Shown piece by piece: positions 29,968 through 41,779 of a stretch of 64,000 nucleotides of DNA. Position 1 is the first letter of the stretch, and every line of letters begins with the position of its first letter. The DNA is taken from the NCBI GenBank assembly GCA_000002445.1, contig CH464491.1, positions 928,001-992,000 on the forward strand, read 5' to 3'. A program made the translations under genes and the position numbers. A model generated the notes under the pieces. The model was not told the origin of the DNA. It made no database searches and was given only the letters and a program-made list of their open reading frames with translations. Source of the stretch: Trypanosoma brucei (Eukaryota).

Positions 29968-31426
29968 GCGTTTTGTTAAAACCCTTTTACTCTTTCCTTC
30001 TCCCAACCTCACTTTCTTCCTCTTTTAGGTCAGGTGTAGTTCCGTTACGATCTGCATGTTTTGCGTCCTTTTTCTCCTGTGCTATGCGCTCGCTGTTTAT
30101 TTGTTTTGTTCATAATTTGCATGAAACATTCTCTTCCTCTCCTCTCCTCTCTCTCTCTCTTCTCACTTCTCATTTCTGCACCACTTCGTCTTGCACATTT
30201 TGTGCTCTCTAGCGCTACTGGAACACTTACGCTCCACAAGACACAGGTTAAAGTCCTTCCTCACAGAAATTAGGGAGAGAAGATTATAAGGAAAAAATTT
30301 AAGTGGGAACGAAGTATTTGGAAGGCTTTTTTCTTTTTTTTTTGGGGGGGAGTGGGAAATTTGTTTAGTTTGCGATCCGTGCTGGTGGTTAACTTGGGAG
30401 CAGATACGATACGTACTGCAGAGCACATATCTTATATATTTTATTTAAAAACATAGGTTTGCACTATACACAAACCAAGAAGGCTTTGTCTTTTTCTTTT
30501 GAGGCTCGTATTCATCGCTCTTAGATCACCTTTTTGACGTTGCGGGAAGTTCTCTGTGCGACTTCACGTGCGGATAGTGCCCAAAAAAGGCAAAAAAGAA
30601 AAAGTCTACAACTTCCCCTTAATCATAGTCTGCAGGTGACAAGGGGCTGTATATATTTGTTCCCGTTGGTGATCACTGGGGCCGAAAGGGGGAAGGGAGA
30701 AAAGAAGCGGAAGCAGCTGCCGTACGCAAAAGGGAGGTAACGTCTGCAAAGTTACATAAATAGTAGTTTTATTGTGTACATATATACATTTATCTACATA
30801 TCTGCAGCCAAAAGCATTTTGGCTACCTTTTTTTTTGTTTCTGGAGAGTCCATCGGCGTCACGTTCGTACGTAGGAGACGAAGGGACAGAGCCTTTTTAA
30901 AAAAAAATTTATTTGTTTGTTGGTCGTTCTTGTTAGGAGGCGCACAGGAGGGTGGTGGGGCTGCCAAAAGAACTGAAGGCCAGAGGCAAGGGGAGTCGGA
31001 ATTTGTCTTTAATCCGTGAAAAAAAGTAAACAAGCAATACAGAACGTAAGGGAACCGCTGGAGGAGCACCACGGTATAAGAAGGTGTTGGACTGAAGAGG
31101 TGGCGAAAAAAAAAAAGGGATTAGAGAACCAGAAGGAAACAGGAATTAAGATAAAATAAGGCTCATTCACTGGAACAGGGTGTAGATCTCACACACCCCT
31201 GTTTCACTGCACTCTAGTGGAACGTAGAGCGAGGGTTCAACTAAGTACAAAAAGAAACATCAACGGAAGAGAAGATAATTTATACGTCAGTGGAACGTTG
31301 TAAACAAGCACGGGAAGGGGTGGGAAGAAGAAAGGAAAATCACCTGCAAGGAGCGACCCCGGAAAGGAAGAGAGTGCGTGAAAAGATCAAGGAAGGAAAG
31401 AGGAACAGCAAAGTGGAACATCAGAC

Positions 31427-34400
31427 ATGGCGGAAGACGCTGCACCCGACACATCGCACCAGAGTAGCAACACCAGCGATGAAGGAGGTGCAAAATCGGA
31501 GGTTATAGTACACATGAATAACCGTGAGGCTAACGAAGAGTACGGCTATCCCAATAATTTCATCAAAACATCGCATTACACCGCACTCAGCTTCCTGCCA
31601 TTGGGGCTTATCGCACAATTTATGCGCGTCAGTAATTTTTACTTCCTCGTATGCATGTGCCTCACTCTGATTCCGGGCCTCTCTCCGGTGAACCCTGTGA
31701 CAGCCATCCTACCCCTTTTATTCGTCATTGGTGTTTCACTGGCGAAGGAGGGCGTGGAGGAGTTTCGCCGCCACACCGCCGACCGCTTGGCGAATTCCGT
31801 TGAGGTTGACGTATTAATAAACGGAGTGATGCAGCGGGTTCCGAGTCGTGACATCCGCGTGGGTGATATCGTCCGTGTGAGCAACGGTGAGGAGGTGCGA
31901 GCAGATCTTCTCTGCTTGTCCACCTCGGATGAAGAAGATCAGGTATATATTGATATGTGTAATCTCGACGGAGAGACCAGTCTCAAAAACCGAAAGCCAC
32001 ATGAACATACGGCGTCCCTACGCACTCCAGAGCAATTGCAGGAGGCGCAAGTGAAGATTGTTACCACCCAGCCGGATGCCGAGCTTCATTCCTGGAGTGG
32101 TTGCATTGAAAGTAACGGTGAAGCATTCGCTGTGGATATTGGAAACTTTTTGTGTCGAGGTTCTGTCTTGCGGAAGACCGACTGGGTTTGGGGTGTTGTC
32201 GTTTATGCCGGTGTAGATACTAAAATGTTCCGTAACCTGAAGGGGCATCCGATGAAGATGTCCGATCTCGACCGTAGGTTGAATGTAATGATTGTGGCGC
32301 TGCTACTGTTCAAATGCGTAGTGCTCGCAACGCTGGCGTTCCTTCTGGTTTGGTGGAACCGGAACAATAAGGAACATATATGGTACCTACACTGGTACAT
32401 GAACCAGTACGGCTCGACGGTGCTATTGTTGCGCTCCTTTGTGACGATATTTCTGTTGCTCTCTTACTTTATCCCGATTTCGCTATTCGTGACCATCGAG
32501 GTTTGCAAGGTGATCCAGGCGTACTGGATGGTTGCCGACGGCAAAATGACGGACGTGGTGAATGGACGTTTGTGTCGCTGCAGGCCCAACACTTCAAACC
32601 TAAATGAACAACTCGCGATGGTGCGCTTCATTTTCACAGACAAGACGGGTACCCTAACGGAGAATGTGATGAAGTTTAAACAAGGTGATTTTCAGGGGTT
32701 TCGCCTTGATTCTGCGTGTGGAACCAAACCCACAGACCTCCTTGACCGCTGCAATCCAGCGCGTGAGGCTGCGTATGAGTACTTCCTTTCGATTGCTTTA
32801 TGTAATACCGTTCAGCCAACCGAGGACCCCAATGCAGAAGGGGGTATCAGCTACGATGGCACCTCCCCGGATGAGGTGGCACTCGTCAGCATGGCTGCGG
32901 AACACGGGTTCCGCCTGAAGAAGCGCACAACACGTGAAATGGTGCTAGACATTGAAGGTGTGGAACATGAATATAGGATACTTGCCACCCTTGAGTTCAC
33001 ACCGGAGCGGAAGATGATGAGCATAATTGTGCGGGATAACGTTAGCCATCACATTGTGCTCTTCACGAAGGGTGCCGATTCCTCTCTACTTCCAAGGACT
33101 TGCACCAACCGGCAAGCACAGAACTATGTGCAAAAGCTAAGAGGCACACTGCAGGATATGAGTGTCTGTGGTTTACGCACACTTGTTATTGGAAGGCGGT
33201 TTCTTCTTCCGGAGGAGTACAAAAATTGGGAGGATTCGTACAAAACTGCTTCAAGGACTCTCATTGATCGTAGCGCGGCCCTGGATGATGTTTGTATGCG
33301 GATCGAGGGTGACCTGTGGCCAGTAGGGGCGACAGCCATCGAGGACAAGCTTCAGCAGGAGGTTCCTGAGACCATCTCCTTTTTTCTGGAAGCTGGTGTG
33401 GTTATATGGATGCTTACTGGAGATAAACGTGAAACTGCCGTTACGGTTGCGGCCACTGCAAAATTGTGCGATCCGCAGAAAGACTCCATCATACACATAG
33501 ACATCGGGTCGTTTGATCCGAAGAGTGCCGAGGCGATCAGAAAGGTGGACTCTGACTTGAGCAAAGTGAGGCGGACACTGGAGAGCGGGGGCGAGAACGG
33601 CTCGAAATGCACTATTGTTATTGATGGTCTCGCACTTGGGGTTGCAATGAGCGAACACTTTTTAACCTTTCTGGATCTTTCCATGAGGGTCAATTCAGCC
33701 GTTTGCTGCCGACTTACCCCTTTGCAAAAGGCAGAAGTTGTACGCATGTTTCAGGGATCGACAGGGTTAACCGCCATTGCAATTGGTGATGGTGCCAACG
33801 ATGTTTCAATGATTCAGGAGGGGCGTGTTGGTGTTGGTATTATTGGGCTTGAGGGATCGCAGGCGGCCCTCTCAGCAGATTATGCTATACCCCGATTTAG
33901 GCACCTGCGTCGGCTTTGTGCTGTCCATGGTCGATACTCACTCGTTCGTAACTCGGGTTGTATTATGATTAGCTTTTATAAGAACGCGGTCCTCGGTATG
34001 ATGATGATTTTGTTCTGCTTCCATTCAGCGTTTTCAGGTGGAACACTGTTTGACGGGTGGCTGTTGACATTCTTCAACATTCTTCTGACGAGCATCCCAC
34101 CCTTCTTCCTCGGCGTGTTTGACAAGGACCTTCCAGAGGATGCGCTCCTACGCCGCCCGCATCTTTTCACTCAACTCTCTCACGGGTTGTACTTCGACGT
34201 GATGACAACAGTGAGGTGGTTCGGGGAAGCGTTAATCCACGGTACATTAATATTCTACCTCTTTTACTTGACTATCAGGAATCTCGACTGGAGCACGCAC
34301 AACATATCAATGATTGAGCTGGGGACCATGCAAATTTTTATCGTTGTTTTAGTTGTGCTCGTTCGGTGTGGCCTCGCTGTCCGCTGCTGGCGCTCGCTAC

Positions 34401-34813
34401 AGTTGTTGGGCCTATTGGCTTCTCTTGCGATTACCCTTGCTCTGACGCTCACTTACTCCTCCTTCAAAAGTGTGGGAGGCAGCTCCATTTATTGGCAGAT
34501 GTTTGACTTGGCTTTAGGGCCAAAGTTCTGGTTGTATATGCTGCTCGTGCTGGGATCTCTCATAATGATTAATCTTTCCGTATTATATTTCCAGAAGAGG
34601 CGCTACCCCACGTTGCGTGATACCGCTGATGAGGAAAATAGGGTAATGTGTCGTGGGTCGTTGTTGGATGAAAACGTGTCTCAAGGGGATAAAGCGGGTT
34701 ATGTGACATTTGGAGTCGAGAGTACCCAAAGTAGCGACAGAGAAGACAAGAGTATTGACATTCAGGACATGCGAAGGAGGGAAATCGAAGCCGGGGATAC
34801 GCTTCATGGGTAG
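31427..34813 (+). CDS. Phospholipid-transporting P4-type ATPase (aminophospholipid flippase)
   Basis: The P-type phosphorylation motif DKTGTLTEN lies at about nt 32636. The hinge motif GDGANDV lies at about nt 33785. The actuator-domain TGE-like region, ten predicted TM segments, and the N-terminal motif YPNNFIKTSHYTALSFLPLGLIAQF are all typical of P4-ATPases. Confidence 0.9.
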   Translation: MAEDAAPDTSHQSSNTSDEGGAKSEVIVHMNNREANEEYGYPNNFIKTSHYTALSFLPLGLIAQFMRVSNFYFLVCMCLTLIPGLSPVNPVTAILPLLFVIGVSLAKEGVEEFRRHTADRLANSVEVDVLINGVMQRVPSRDIRVGDIVRVSNGEEVRADLLCLSTSDEEDQVYIDMCNLDGETSLKNRKPHEHTASLRTPEQLQEAQVKIVTTQPDAELHSWSGCIESNGEAFAVDIGNFLCRGSVLRKTDWVWGVVVYAGVDTKMFRNLKGHPMKMSDLDRRLNVMIVALLLFKCVVLATLAFLLVWWNRNNKEHIWYLHWYMNQYGSTVLLLRSFVTIFLLLSYFIPISLFVTIEVCKVIQAYWMVADGKMTDVVNGRLCRCRPNTSNLNEQLAMVRFIFTDKTGTLTENVMKFKQGDFQGFRLDSACGTKPTDLLDRCNPAREAAYEYFLSIALCNTVQPTEDPNAEGGISYDGTSPDEVALVSMAAEHGFRLKKRTTREMVLDIEGVEHEYRILATLEFTPERKMMSIIVRDNVSHHIVLFTKGADSSLLPRTCTNRQAQNYVQKLRGTLQDMSVCGLRTLVIGRRFLLPEEYKNWEDSYKTASRTLIDRSAALDDVCMRIEGDLWPVGATAIEDKLQQEVPETISFFLEAGVVIWMLTGDKRETAVTVAATAKLCDPQKDSIIHIDIGSFDPKSAEAIRKVDSDLSKVRRTLESGGENGSKCTIVIDGLALGVAMSEHFLTFLDLSMRVNSAVCCRLTPLQKAEVVRMFQGSTGLTAIAIGDGANDVSMIQEGRVGVGIIGLEGSQAALSADYAIPRFRHLRRLCAVHGRYSLVRNSGCIMISFYKNAVLGMMMILFCFHSAFSGGTLFDGWLLTFFNILLTSIPPFFLGVFDKDLPEDALLRRPHLFTQLSHGLYFDVMTTVRWFGEALIHGTLIFYLFYLTIRNLDWSTHNISMIELGTMQIFIVVLVVLVRCGLAVRCWRSLQLLGLLASLAITLALTLTYSSFKSVGGSSIYWQMFDLALGPKFWLYMLLVLGSLIMINLSVLYFQKRRYPTLRDTADEENRVMCRGSLLDENVSQGDKAGYVTFGVESTQSSDREDKSIDIQDMRRREIEAGDTLHG

Positions 34814-37189
34814 CGTTGAACACAGTCCCTGACTCTCTTCGCTACCCTCTGTGTTATTTATTGCTTTAAATGTCGGTTGATGTTACGAATTTGCTTCTTG
34901 ATGTGTCGTAGAGCCAGTTTGACTAAAGGTTTGTTGCGGGATGAATTGTGCGGTTATGCGTGTGGTGGAGAGTGGGGAAGTGGAAGGACGATCGAATTGG
35001 CAATTATCAATAGAGGGAAGTGAAAGCATGGAACTGGAAGAATATATAGGTGGAAACGGTTATGTACAAGAGGAAAATAAAGTTTGAAACTCCCCGTAAA
35101 TGCAGGGAGCGGAAGTATGTGTAATGGAAAGAGGGGAAAAAGCTGCCGAAACATAGGCCGTAAGAAACAATGCTTGTTTTGGATCGGGTACGGGGGAAGG
35201 AAGAAACAGGTGAATTTCTTCATACCGTGAGGTGGATGTTGTTGACATTTGCTTGGAAACTATTGAGAAAAACGTTTGTGACGGCTGCCAGTTTGCGCGA
35301 GGGATGAGTAGAAGTTGCGTATGCCTGTGCAGTGGTGTGTGTGTGTGTGTTGGTAGGGAGGAGGGTTGTAACGAAAAGGAAATAAAGAGTGCTGTGAAGC
35401 GCTCTAACTGTAAACTTGCATGCGTGTATTTGCATTCCAATTGCCTGGTGCTTCGTCAAGGCGGCGGTTGCCCTGTTAGCCACGCGCATTTTTCACTTGG
35501 ACGCTTCCTTCGTTTCCCCTGCTGTTGTGCCTCTTCTGCATTTCGAGGGTGCCGTTTTCCCTTCCATTTGAGGAAAGGTTGGAAACCATAACATTGAATA
35601 ATGAGGGAGACAAACATGACTGCCAAGCACACGCGTGCATACACATACACGTACATACACATACGGCTTTCCATCCATGTTTCTCGCACCTCTTTTTCTT
35701 TGTAACGGTAGTTTTTTCTTTTTATTTTTCATTGCCCTTCTCCTCTTGTTTATGTCCACTATTATAATATTCAGTGTGAAGGTTTGCCGCATTGATTAAT
35801 GCGCTGTCAAAATAACCAACCACATACTGCTGTGTCCCACTTTAGCGTGGGCATCTTTCTTTGCCTGTGTTCCGGCTCCTTCCCTACTTTTCGTTTATTG
35901 GGTTTACAATTGTGTATTTGTGAAACTCCCCGTCCCCTCCCCTATACGCGAAATTAAAGGGGGAGGGAAAGCCCCAACGTGTGCGTTAAGTTCCTCCGTG
36001 TTGTTGAGGGTCAGTTGTTGAAAATTTGAGCTCAGCAGATGTATTTTTTTTTTTTTTGGTTTGGTTTCTTCATTATTTTGCTGCAGAAGTTCCTCTTGTC
36101 TAGATCCAAGGTGACGTGCTCAGAAGGAGAAGCATCCATCAAAACGAGGACTAAGAAAGTGGAAAGAGGCGGTGGCAGTTGTCCTTCTGTCTTTTGTCTT
36201 TTTTCTTTTTTTTTTTATGGGGGAGGTGGGGGTTGTTTCCTCAGGAACGCCGTATGGTGAGAAAGTAAAATGGAAAAAAAAAGAAAGAGGGATGTAATTC
36301 GTTCCCTGCATATTGTATATTATCAAGCACATTGGCTCCCTCCGCTGTTGTTCTCAGCAACGTTTGCGTTCATGTTTGGAAACCCCCACCCGTGTATGAA
36401 AAATACAAAATTTTATATTTATGCTACCAAACTTGTTTTTCCATGTTGTCTTCTTCCAGACTATTGGTTATGGTTTTGGTTATTAGGTTGAAGCTTTTGT
36501 GTGTGTGTGTGTGTTGTCTCGTACCCTTGTGACGACTTAAAAGTTTTCCACTTCGCGTTACTTTGAGAGCAGAGAGATGGATTTTAGGGCGGTTGAAGGG
36601 AAAAAAAAATGGGCAGCGGTCCGTTATTAATCGACAGTGGGAGTAAAACCTGGTGTTTTCTTGCGGTGCATGTTTTGCCCGGCTCCCGTTCCCGTAACGC
36701 AGTTTTGCAATCTGGTTTTATTCTTAAACCTCGAATCCTTTCTTCTTGTTGTTATTGTTGTTGTTGTTTTTTCTACTTACTTGTTTTACTTTTACTTCAT
36801 GCTCTTTACCTCTCTTGCTTGGTGGTCGCCGATCCCTCCCTTTTTCTTTTGTTTTTGCTTTACCTTGGTTGTAGGTTTGGTCACTTAACTCCCTAATAGA
36901 GGTTCATTTTCCCTTTTCTTTTTCTTACGTTTTTCTCTTTCCATAAAATGTTTTTGTTCCTTTTACGATCATTTTTGATGTTTTTTCACTACTCCCTAAC
37001 CTCTATAAAACATAAATAGGCTTTATCAAATGAGAAACCATTTGCTTTTGTTATCTCTTGCTGATAAGTGACAATCTGCGGGGTGCGCACAGGATAGAAG
37101 TGGATACGTCAGATGGGCGCATATGTGTGTGATACTTGAAATAAGAACCCTGTGAGTTATTGTTTCCCTCACTCCGTCCTGTTGTAGAA

Positions 37190-37380
37190 GGAAAAAAATG
37201 AAAAGGGGATACTCCTCTTCTGTGTGTGGTGTTTTCTTTTTTTTTTTTCATCTTGCTTTTCTTTTCTTTTTTCTTTTCTTCAATTGGTCGATTGTGCTTA
37301 GACGATCTGCTGATGTTGCTGTTGTAGTTCCTCCCTCCCTCCCTGTCGTTCCTCTTTTTTTTTTTAGTTGCTGTGCCCCT
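37190..37380 (+). promoter_or_regulatory. Extended polypyrimidine region upstream of the IQ-AAA gene
   Basis: Sequence cttctgtgtgtggtgttttcttttttttttttcatcttgcttttcttttcttttttcttttcttc...cctccctccctccctgtcgttcctctttttttttttag lies about 500 nt before ATG 37892. Confidence 0.55.
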
Positions 37381-37891
37381 CCCTCTCAATAGTGGTATTG
37401 TTTCTACTTTGTACTAAATTGTGCGCAGCATATGGGCACGACACATGTACGGATACTGAATATACTTATGCCCTGCGGTGAGGTTATGATGTATTACATG
37501 TTTTGAAAATATACACACCTCGTGTAATATATGTGTGACCTCTTACGATGTGATTGAGAAGAGACAAGCTCATATTTGACCGTGCGCATGCGCGTTTTGT
37601 TGCTCATCAATATCATTTGCATCGACTTGTGCGGAAATATCTCACCTTATATGCTTGTGCCTCTTTTTCCTTTCTCCCAATTTCTCAATTGTGAGTATTT
37701 TTTACGGCAAGTACTGGTGCCACCATATAAGGAACCATCGAGTACGCTGACGTCAGCGTGTGAAAGATAGGGGAAATAGACAAGATATTTAGAACGAAAG
37801 AAAAAAAAGGGAGAGAAGCAAAAAAAAAATCTGAAGGTCAGGGTTCGCAGGTGTTCGTGTCACCTGAAAGTTTCACCGCGTTGTTGGAGAT

Positions 37892-40621
37892 ATGTCTTCG
37901 TTGACATGTGAGGAGCTCTACAGACGAGCTTTGGACGATCTGACGGCAATATGGAGGGAAGATGTGAATGTTTCCAAGATGAAGGTGATGCCTACTGGAA
38001 GGCAGCGTTATGACCAACTTCTGCTCTGTTGGGCCTCGCTTTACGTTCAGTACCTGCGGACGGGGCGGCGGCTGGTGATCGTTCACGACGCACAGTTACA
38101 ACCACAGAAGAGGTACGACGTGCGCACAGTACTTGATGCATGTATGGCTCGAATGCTAGAACTTCGGGCTTTGTTATCCACAAACTGTGGTGAGTTTGTC
38201 AAACTTGATGAGTGTATTTTAGACTTGAAAATGACGCCGGATGAACTCGAAGTGCCTATCCCCCGTTACTTTGTGGAAGACAATGCTTCAGTTATGCAGG
38301 AGAGGCGGCGGCAGATCGCTTCGCTTCAACAGTACTACAAGGAAACGGAGCCGGACGCTCCCGTTACAAAGGCGCTAACAGCATCGAGTGTTCCTCCTCA
38401 GAAAAAAAGTACTGAAGCTGCGGCAGGGAATGTCATGTCGATGGATGAGGCCCTTATGCTACTAAAGATTAATGAACGTGGGCGGCAAGCGCGAGAACGG
38501 GCCAAATTTCAACTTTCCATGTATGCCCAGAAGCGGCACTCGGTGGAGCTTGCCAGTGTTTACAATCACCCGACGGGGAGGGAAAGAGCCGCTACAGTTC
38601 TGCAAAGTGCTGTGCAAGCTTACCTGACCCGAAAGCACATCTTTTCTGACCACCAGGAGGAACTCCAACTTCTTGGAATGGCTCCCTCCGCTGATAGCAC
38701 AAACAGGGAGGAAGCGGTACAGGCAGAGGCCCGTCTAGATGAGCAGAAGGCACGGCAACGTATGAACGAGGCGAACTTCAGGCAGAAGACCTTAGAGATC
38801 GAGAGCCGCATCAAGACGGAGGAGGGACCAAGGACAATGGAGTTGATGCTGAACGAAGCACTTACTCGTATGGCTTACGCTCGGATGGAAGGCAAGGATG
38901 ACCAGGGAATGCTGCAAGCTGCAGATGTTAGCGGCAGCCGTAGACTCGCAGATTCTTCTAACCAAGCTGGAAGTTTGGCTCCCATCATTACTGACTCGTT
39001 CCGGTCCCCGGCGCCCAATATATCTGGTACATTCCCCTCTGCCGGAGGCACGGGAAACGATGCTCGCAATGCCATGCGAAGAACTGGAAGTGTCTCAGCT
39101 CGACGGAGGGGCGAGGAGGATGAAACCGTTCCCGCTATGCCTCCTAGTGTTCTGTGGGAAACCATCAGGGCTGAGGACGAGCGCTACAGCTCATTGTGGA
39201 AACCTCGGTTTGAACAAACATATGTTAGAGAGGTAGATTTAGAGCAATCTGCGGACCTGGTCCTGCTTCGACAGCAACTACTGGAAGGGCCTCGTGGAGT
39301 CATGGAAGAACTGCGACATGTTGTTGACGAACTTATCTTGATGGAGGTGGAAAATCTGAAGAAGCGCCTGGAGCAGGAGCGACGCAGTGGCAAAAGGAAG
39401 GGAGCAAAGAAAAAGAAAGGTCCCCGAAAGCCACGCGCACCAAAGTTGAAGGATCCGACGAAGGGCTCAACGGTAGAAACACTCATGAATACTGCAGTGC
39501 ACCAGAATGTATTGAAATTACCTGACTCGGAGGTAGTCTTGAGTGGTTACTTGGGGTGTGTTGCTGTGCACGAGTCTCCACTAGACGCTCTACTCCGCGC
39601 TCAGAAGCCGGACGACGACATGAGGAAGAAGTGGCAGAGAATCCTCAACAACTGGGATGCTAACGTGGAGAAAGTAATGAAAATGAAGAAAGATGCTTTT
39701 CAAAAGGTCTTCGACAAATACCTACAGCAGTCTACATGGCTTGCTGAGCCCACAGCGGCTCACGTCCGGCAGTCGGTAACTGAGTATGCGATACTACCAC
39801 TTGGCTCCCAGGTTATCCATGACTTAGCGCCTAGTAGTAAAACGTTGCTACTCTACGGTTTTCATGGGACTGGAAAGACCCACCTGGTGCACGCCGTTTG
39901 TAACCATAGCGGCGCGAACTTCTTTGATTTGTCACCAGCTAACTTTGAGACAGACACGGGTTTAGCGGGTATCATTCAAACCGTATTTTACCTCGCGAAG
40001 GTGATGGCTCCGTCAGTCATTTACATTGACAACGTCGAAAAGCTGTTTTTGCGTAAAAAGAGAAAAGGACCAAAGGATCCACTTATGAAACGCGGCAGAA
40101 AAATGAAGAAAGAGGTACTTAAGGGCATTGCTAGCATTTCGCCAACTGATCGGGTTATAGTCATTGGTTGTACTTGTGCACCATACGATGCGGAGTTTAA
40201 TGCAATGGTAAACAATTTTGCCCACATGGTGTACTGTGGTTGCCCAGACTATGCCTCACGTGTTGTTGTTCTGCAGGAATTAGCGGGTAGTCACACTGGT
40301 GATGTCTGGTCACTCAAGCCGGAGCACTATCACGAGTTGGCGCTCCTCACAGAAGGATTCACATGCGGCGATATAAGTGCAGTGTTTGAGGAAGTGCTCA
40401 CCAAACGCCGCCTAAGGCGCATAGAACAGAGGCCACTTACGGCTGACGACTTTCTTTCCGCCGTTGCTCGTGCGAAACCGCCATCTGTAGAAGATCGAGC
40501 GCTGATGAAAGAATTTACTGCGCGTCTTCCATTACATTTACGTCGTGTTAACCCCATTGCAGATATCCCTCTGCCAGAGAAGGAAACAGCGGCTAAGAAG
40601 AGACCCAAGAAGAAGGAATAA
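37892..40621 (+). CDS. IQ-motif and AAA-ATPase domain protein (IQCA1/DRC11-like, axonemal nexin-dynein regulatory complex candidate)
   Basis: An IQ motif (ATVLQSAVQAYLTRKHIF) lies at about nt 38585-38640. An AAA Walker A motif (LLLYGFHGTGKTHLVHAV) lies at about nt 39850-39900, with Walker B/SRH-like sequence downstream. The tail is basic and ends KKRPKKKE. Confidence 0.75.
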   Translation: MSSLTCEELYRRALDDLTAIWREDVNVSKMKVMPTGRQRYDQLLLCWASLYVQYLRTGRRLVIVHDAQLQPQKRYDVRTVLDACMARMLELRALLSTNCGEFVKLDECILDLKMTPDELEVPIPRYFVEDNASVMQERRRQIASLQQYYKETEPDAPVTKALTASSVPPQKKSTEAAAGNVMSMDEALMLLKINERGRQARERAKFQLSMYAQKRHSVELASVYNHPTGRERAATVLQSAVQAYLTRKHIFSDHQEELQLLGMAPSADSTNREEAVQAEARLDEQKARQRMNEANFRQKTLEIESRIKTEEGPRTMELMLNEALTRMAYARMEGKDDQGMLQAADVSGSRRLADSSNQAGSLAPIITDSFRSPAPNISGTFPSAGGTGNDARNAMRRTGSVSARRRGEEDETVPAMPPSVLWETIRAEDERYSSLWKPRFEQTYVREVDLEQSADLVLLRQQLLEGPRGVMEELRHVVDELILMEVENLKKRLEQERRSGKRKGAKKKKGPRKPRAPKLKDPTKGSTVETLMNTAVHQNVLKLPDSEVVLSGYLGCVAVHESPLDALLRAQKPDDDMRKKWQRILNNWDANVEKVMKMKKDAFQKVFDKYLQQSTWLAEPTAAHVRQSVTEYAILPLGSQVIHDLAPSSKTLLLYGFHGTGKTHLVHAVCNHSGANFFDLSPANFETDTGLAGIIQTVFYLAKVMAPSVIYIDNVEKLFLRKKRKGPKDPLMKRGRKMKKEVLKGIASISPTDRVIVIGCTCAPYDAEFNAMVNNFAHMVYCGCPDYASRVVVLQELAGSHTGDVWSLKPEHYHELALLTEGFTCGDISAVFEEVLTKRRLRRIEQRPLTADDFLSAVARAKPPSVEDRALMKEFTARLPLHLRRVNPIADIPLPEKETAAKKRPKKKE

Positions 40622-41135
40622 AGCCCGGAATGTTCCTCACAATTGGAAGCAGAAAGTTCTTTGTGTTTGGGATTGCGGGGGTCGAAGAAAGTGGGGGGAG
40701 AGGGAAAACGAAAAAAAAGTCACATGACTCTGTGGGTATTAGAAGCGGTTTTGTAACGTCGACGACGTGAGGGAGCGGCGCGCATATTGCTCACTCATGT
40801 ACATTATGAAAGAGGATAAATAGTTGTCTCACCTGGATGTATGAAGCATGTGCCACCTTCCCTTCTCCTATACCGAGGTGACTTTCTCTGTTTCTTGTAT
40901 GTTTTTGCACATCAACAGTGCGTCTATGTACGTAAACACACTCATTGAGGAAGAGAGGGGGAGGGGGAGGGGGCGGCCTAAATCGTTGTTTTTTAGTGCC
41001 ACATCCCCGTTGTACAGGTGCGAAGCGTTCCTACGCCAACGGTGGTCTAAACACTCACCCTGAATTGTTGAAGAGCTTCAAATTATTCTATTCCATCTGG
41101 TCCATGCTTTGATAACCGTGAAATCGATGACACTT

Positions 41136-41215
41136 CGCTTTTTTTTCTTTTCTTTTCTTCCTTTTTTCACGGGAGCACGGAGTAGTCTCAAGGCACATCC
41201 GACACAGCTGCAGGT
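41136..41215 (+). promoter_or_regulatory. Polypyrimidine tract plus AG acceptor immediately upstream of the 187-aa ORF
   Basis: The sequence is cgcttttttttcttttcttttcttccttttttcac...cagctgcag|gtatg. Confidence 0.6.
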
Positions 41216-41779
41216 ATGCTCAACATCACCAGACTGCGCAACCTTCCGGAAGACCTCTTCGAGGTCGACCGGCGTCAAAAGAATGGTTCCAATCAAAGTG
41301 GCAAAGGTTGGCCTCAACATAAGGAGCTGATCTTCGACTTCACGTCACTAGTGCGAGCATACAATCAGAACAAATTTGAGCACTTAACAGATACCTTTAA
41401 CAACAACAGGATTCTCATTTCTGAGCTCGTCTTACATCAGTTGGATGAAAAAAACAAGGTTGTGCGATCTACAGATGCTGCGAATGCCCAAGAGGATGAC
41501 TTCCATCCCGTTCGGCTGCGTGATTTAATAAATTTTCTCGTTACCAATATGACCGAAAGTTGGCTTGAGTTCCAGAGGAAGGGCACTCAGGAGGACAAAC
41601 AGTTTACTCAACTCCGTTGCTTGAATGAAAATGTCGAAACCCCACTGCGGCTGATAAGTTATGCGCTTTATAAAAAGAGGCAAGGAAAGGATGTTTTACT
41701 CGTTACTTCCGACTCAGGGCTCAAATGTGAGGCGGGGCTGAACTCCATTGATAGCCAAAGTATTGAAAACATTGGGTAG
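41216..41779 (+). CDS. Hypothetical protein (187 aa), possible PIN-like fold
   Basis: The ORF sits directly downstream of a textbook poly-Y tract plus AG (41136-41170 cttttttttcttttcttttcttccttttttc...gcag|gtATG). Its composition is non-repetitive. The C-terminal VLLVTSDSGL resembles the T-x-D acidic motif of PIN-like nucleases. Confidence 0.5.
   Translation: MLNITRLRNLPEDLFEVDRRQKNGSNQSGKGWPQHKELIFDFTSLVRAYNQNKFEHLTDTFNNNRILISELVLHQLDEKNKVVRSTDAANAQEDDFHPVRLRDLINFLVTNMTESWLEFQRKGTQEDKQFTQLRCLNENVETPLRLISYALYKKRQGKDVLLVTSDSGLKCEAGLNSIDSQSIENIG

Noticed and set aside
35232-35591. 119-aa Cys-rich + ORF in the spacer after the flippase
   Set aside because: The Cys and Val codons come from the (TG)n microsatellite at 35335-35351. 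This is not a genuine Cys-rich domain.
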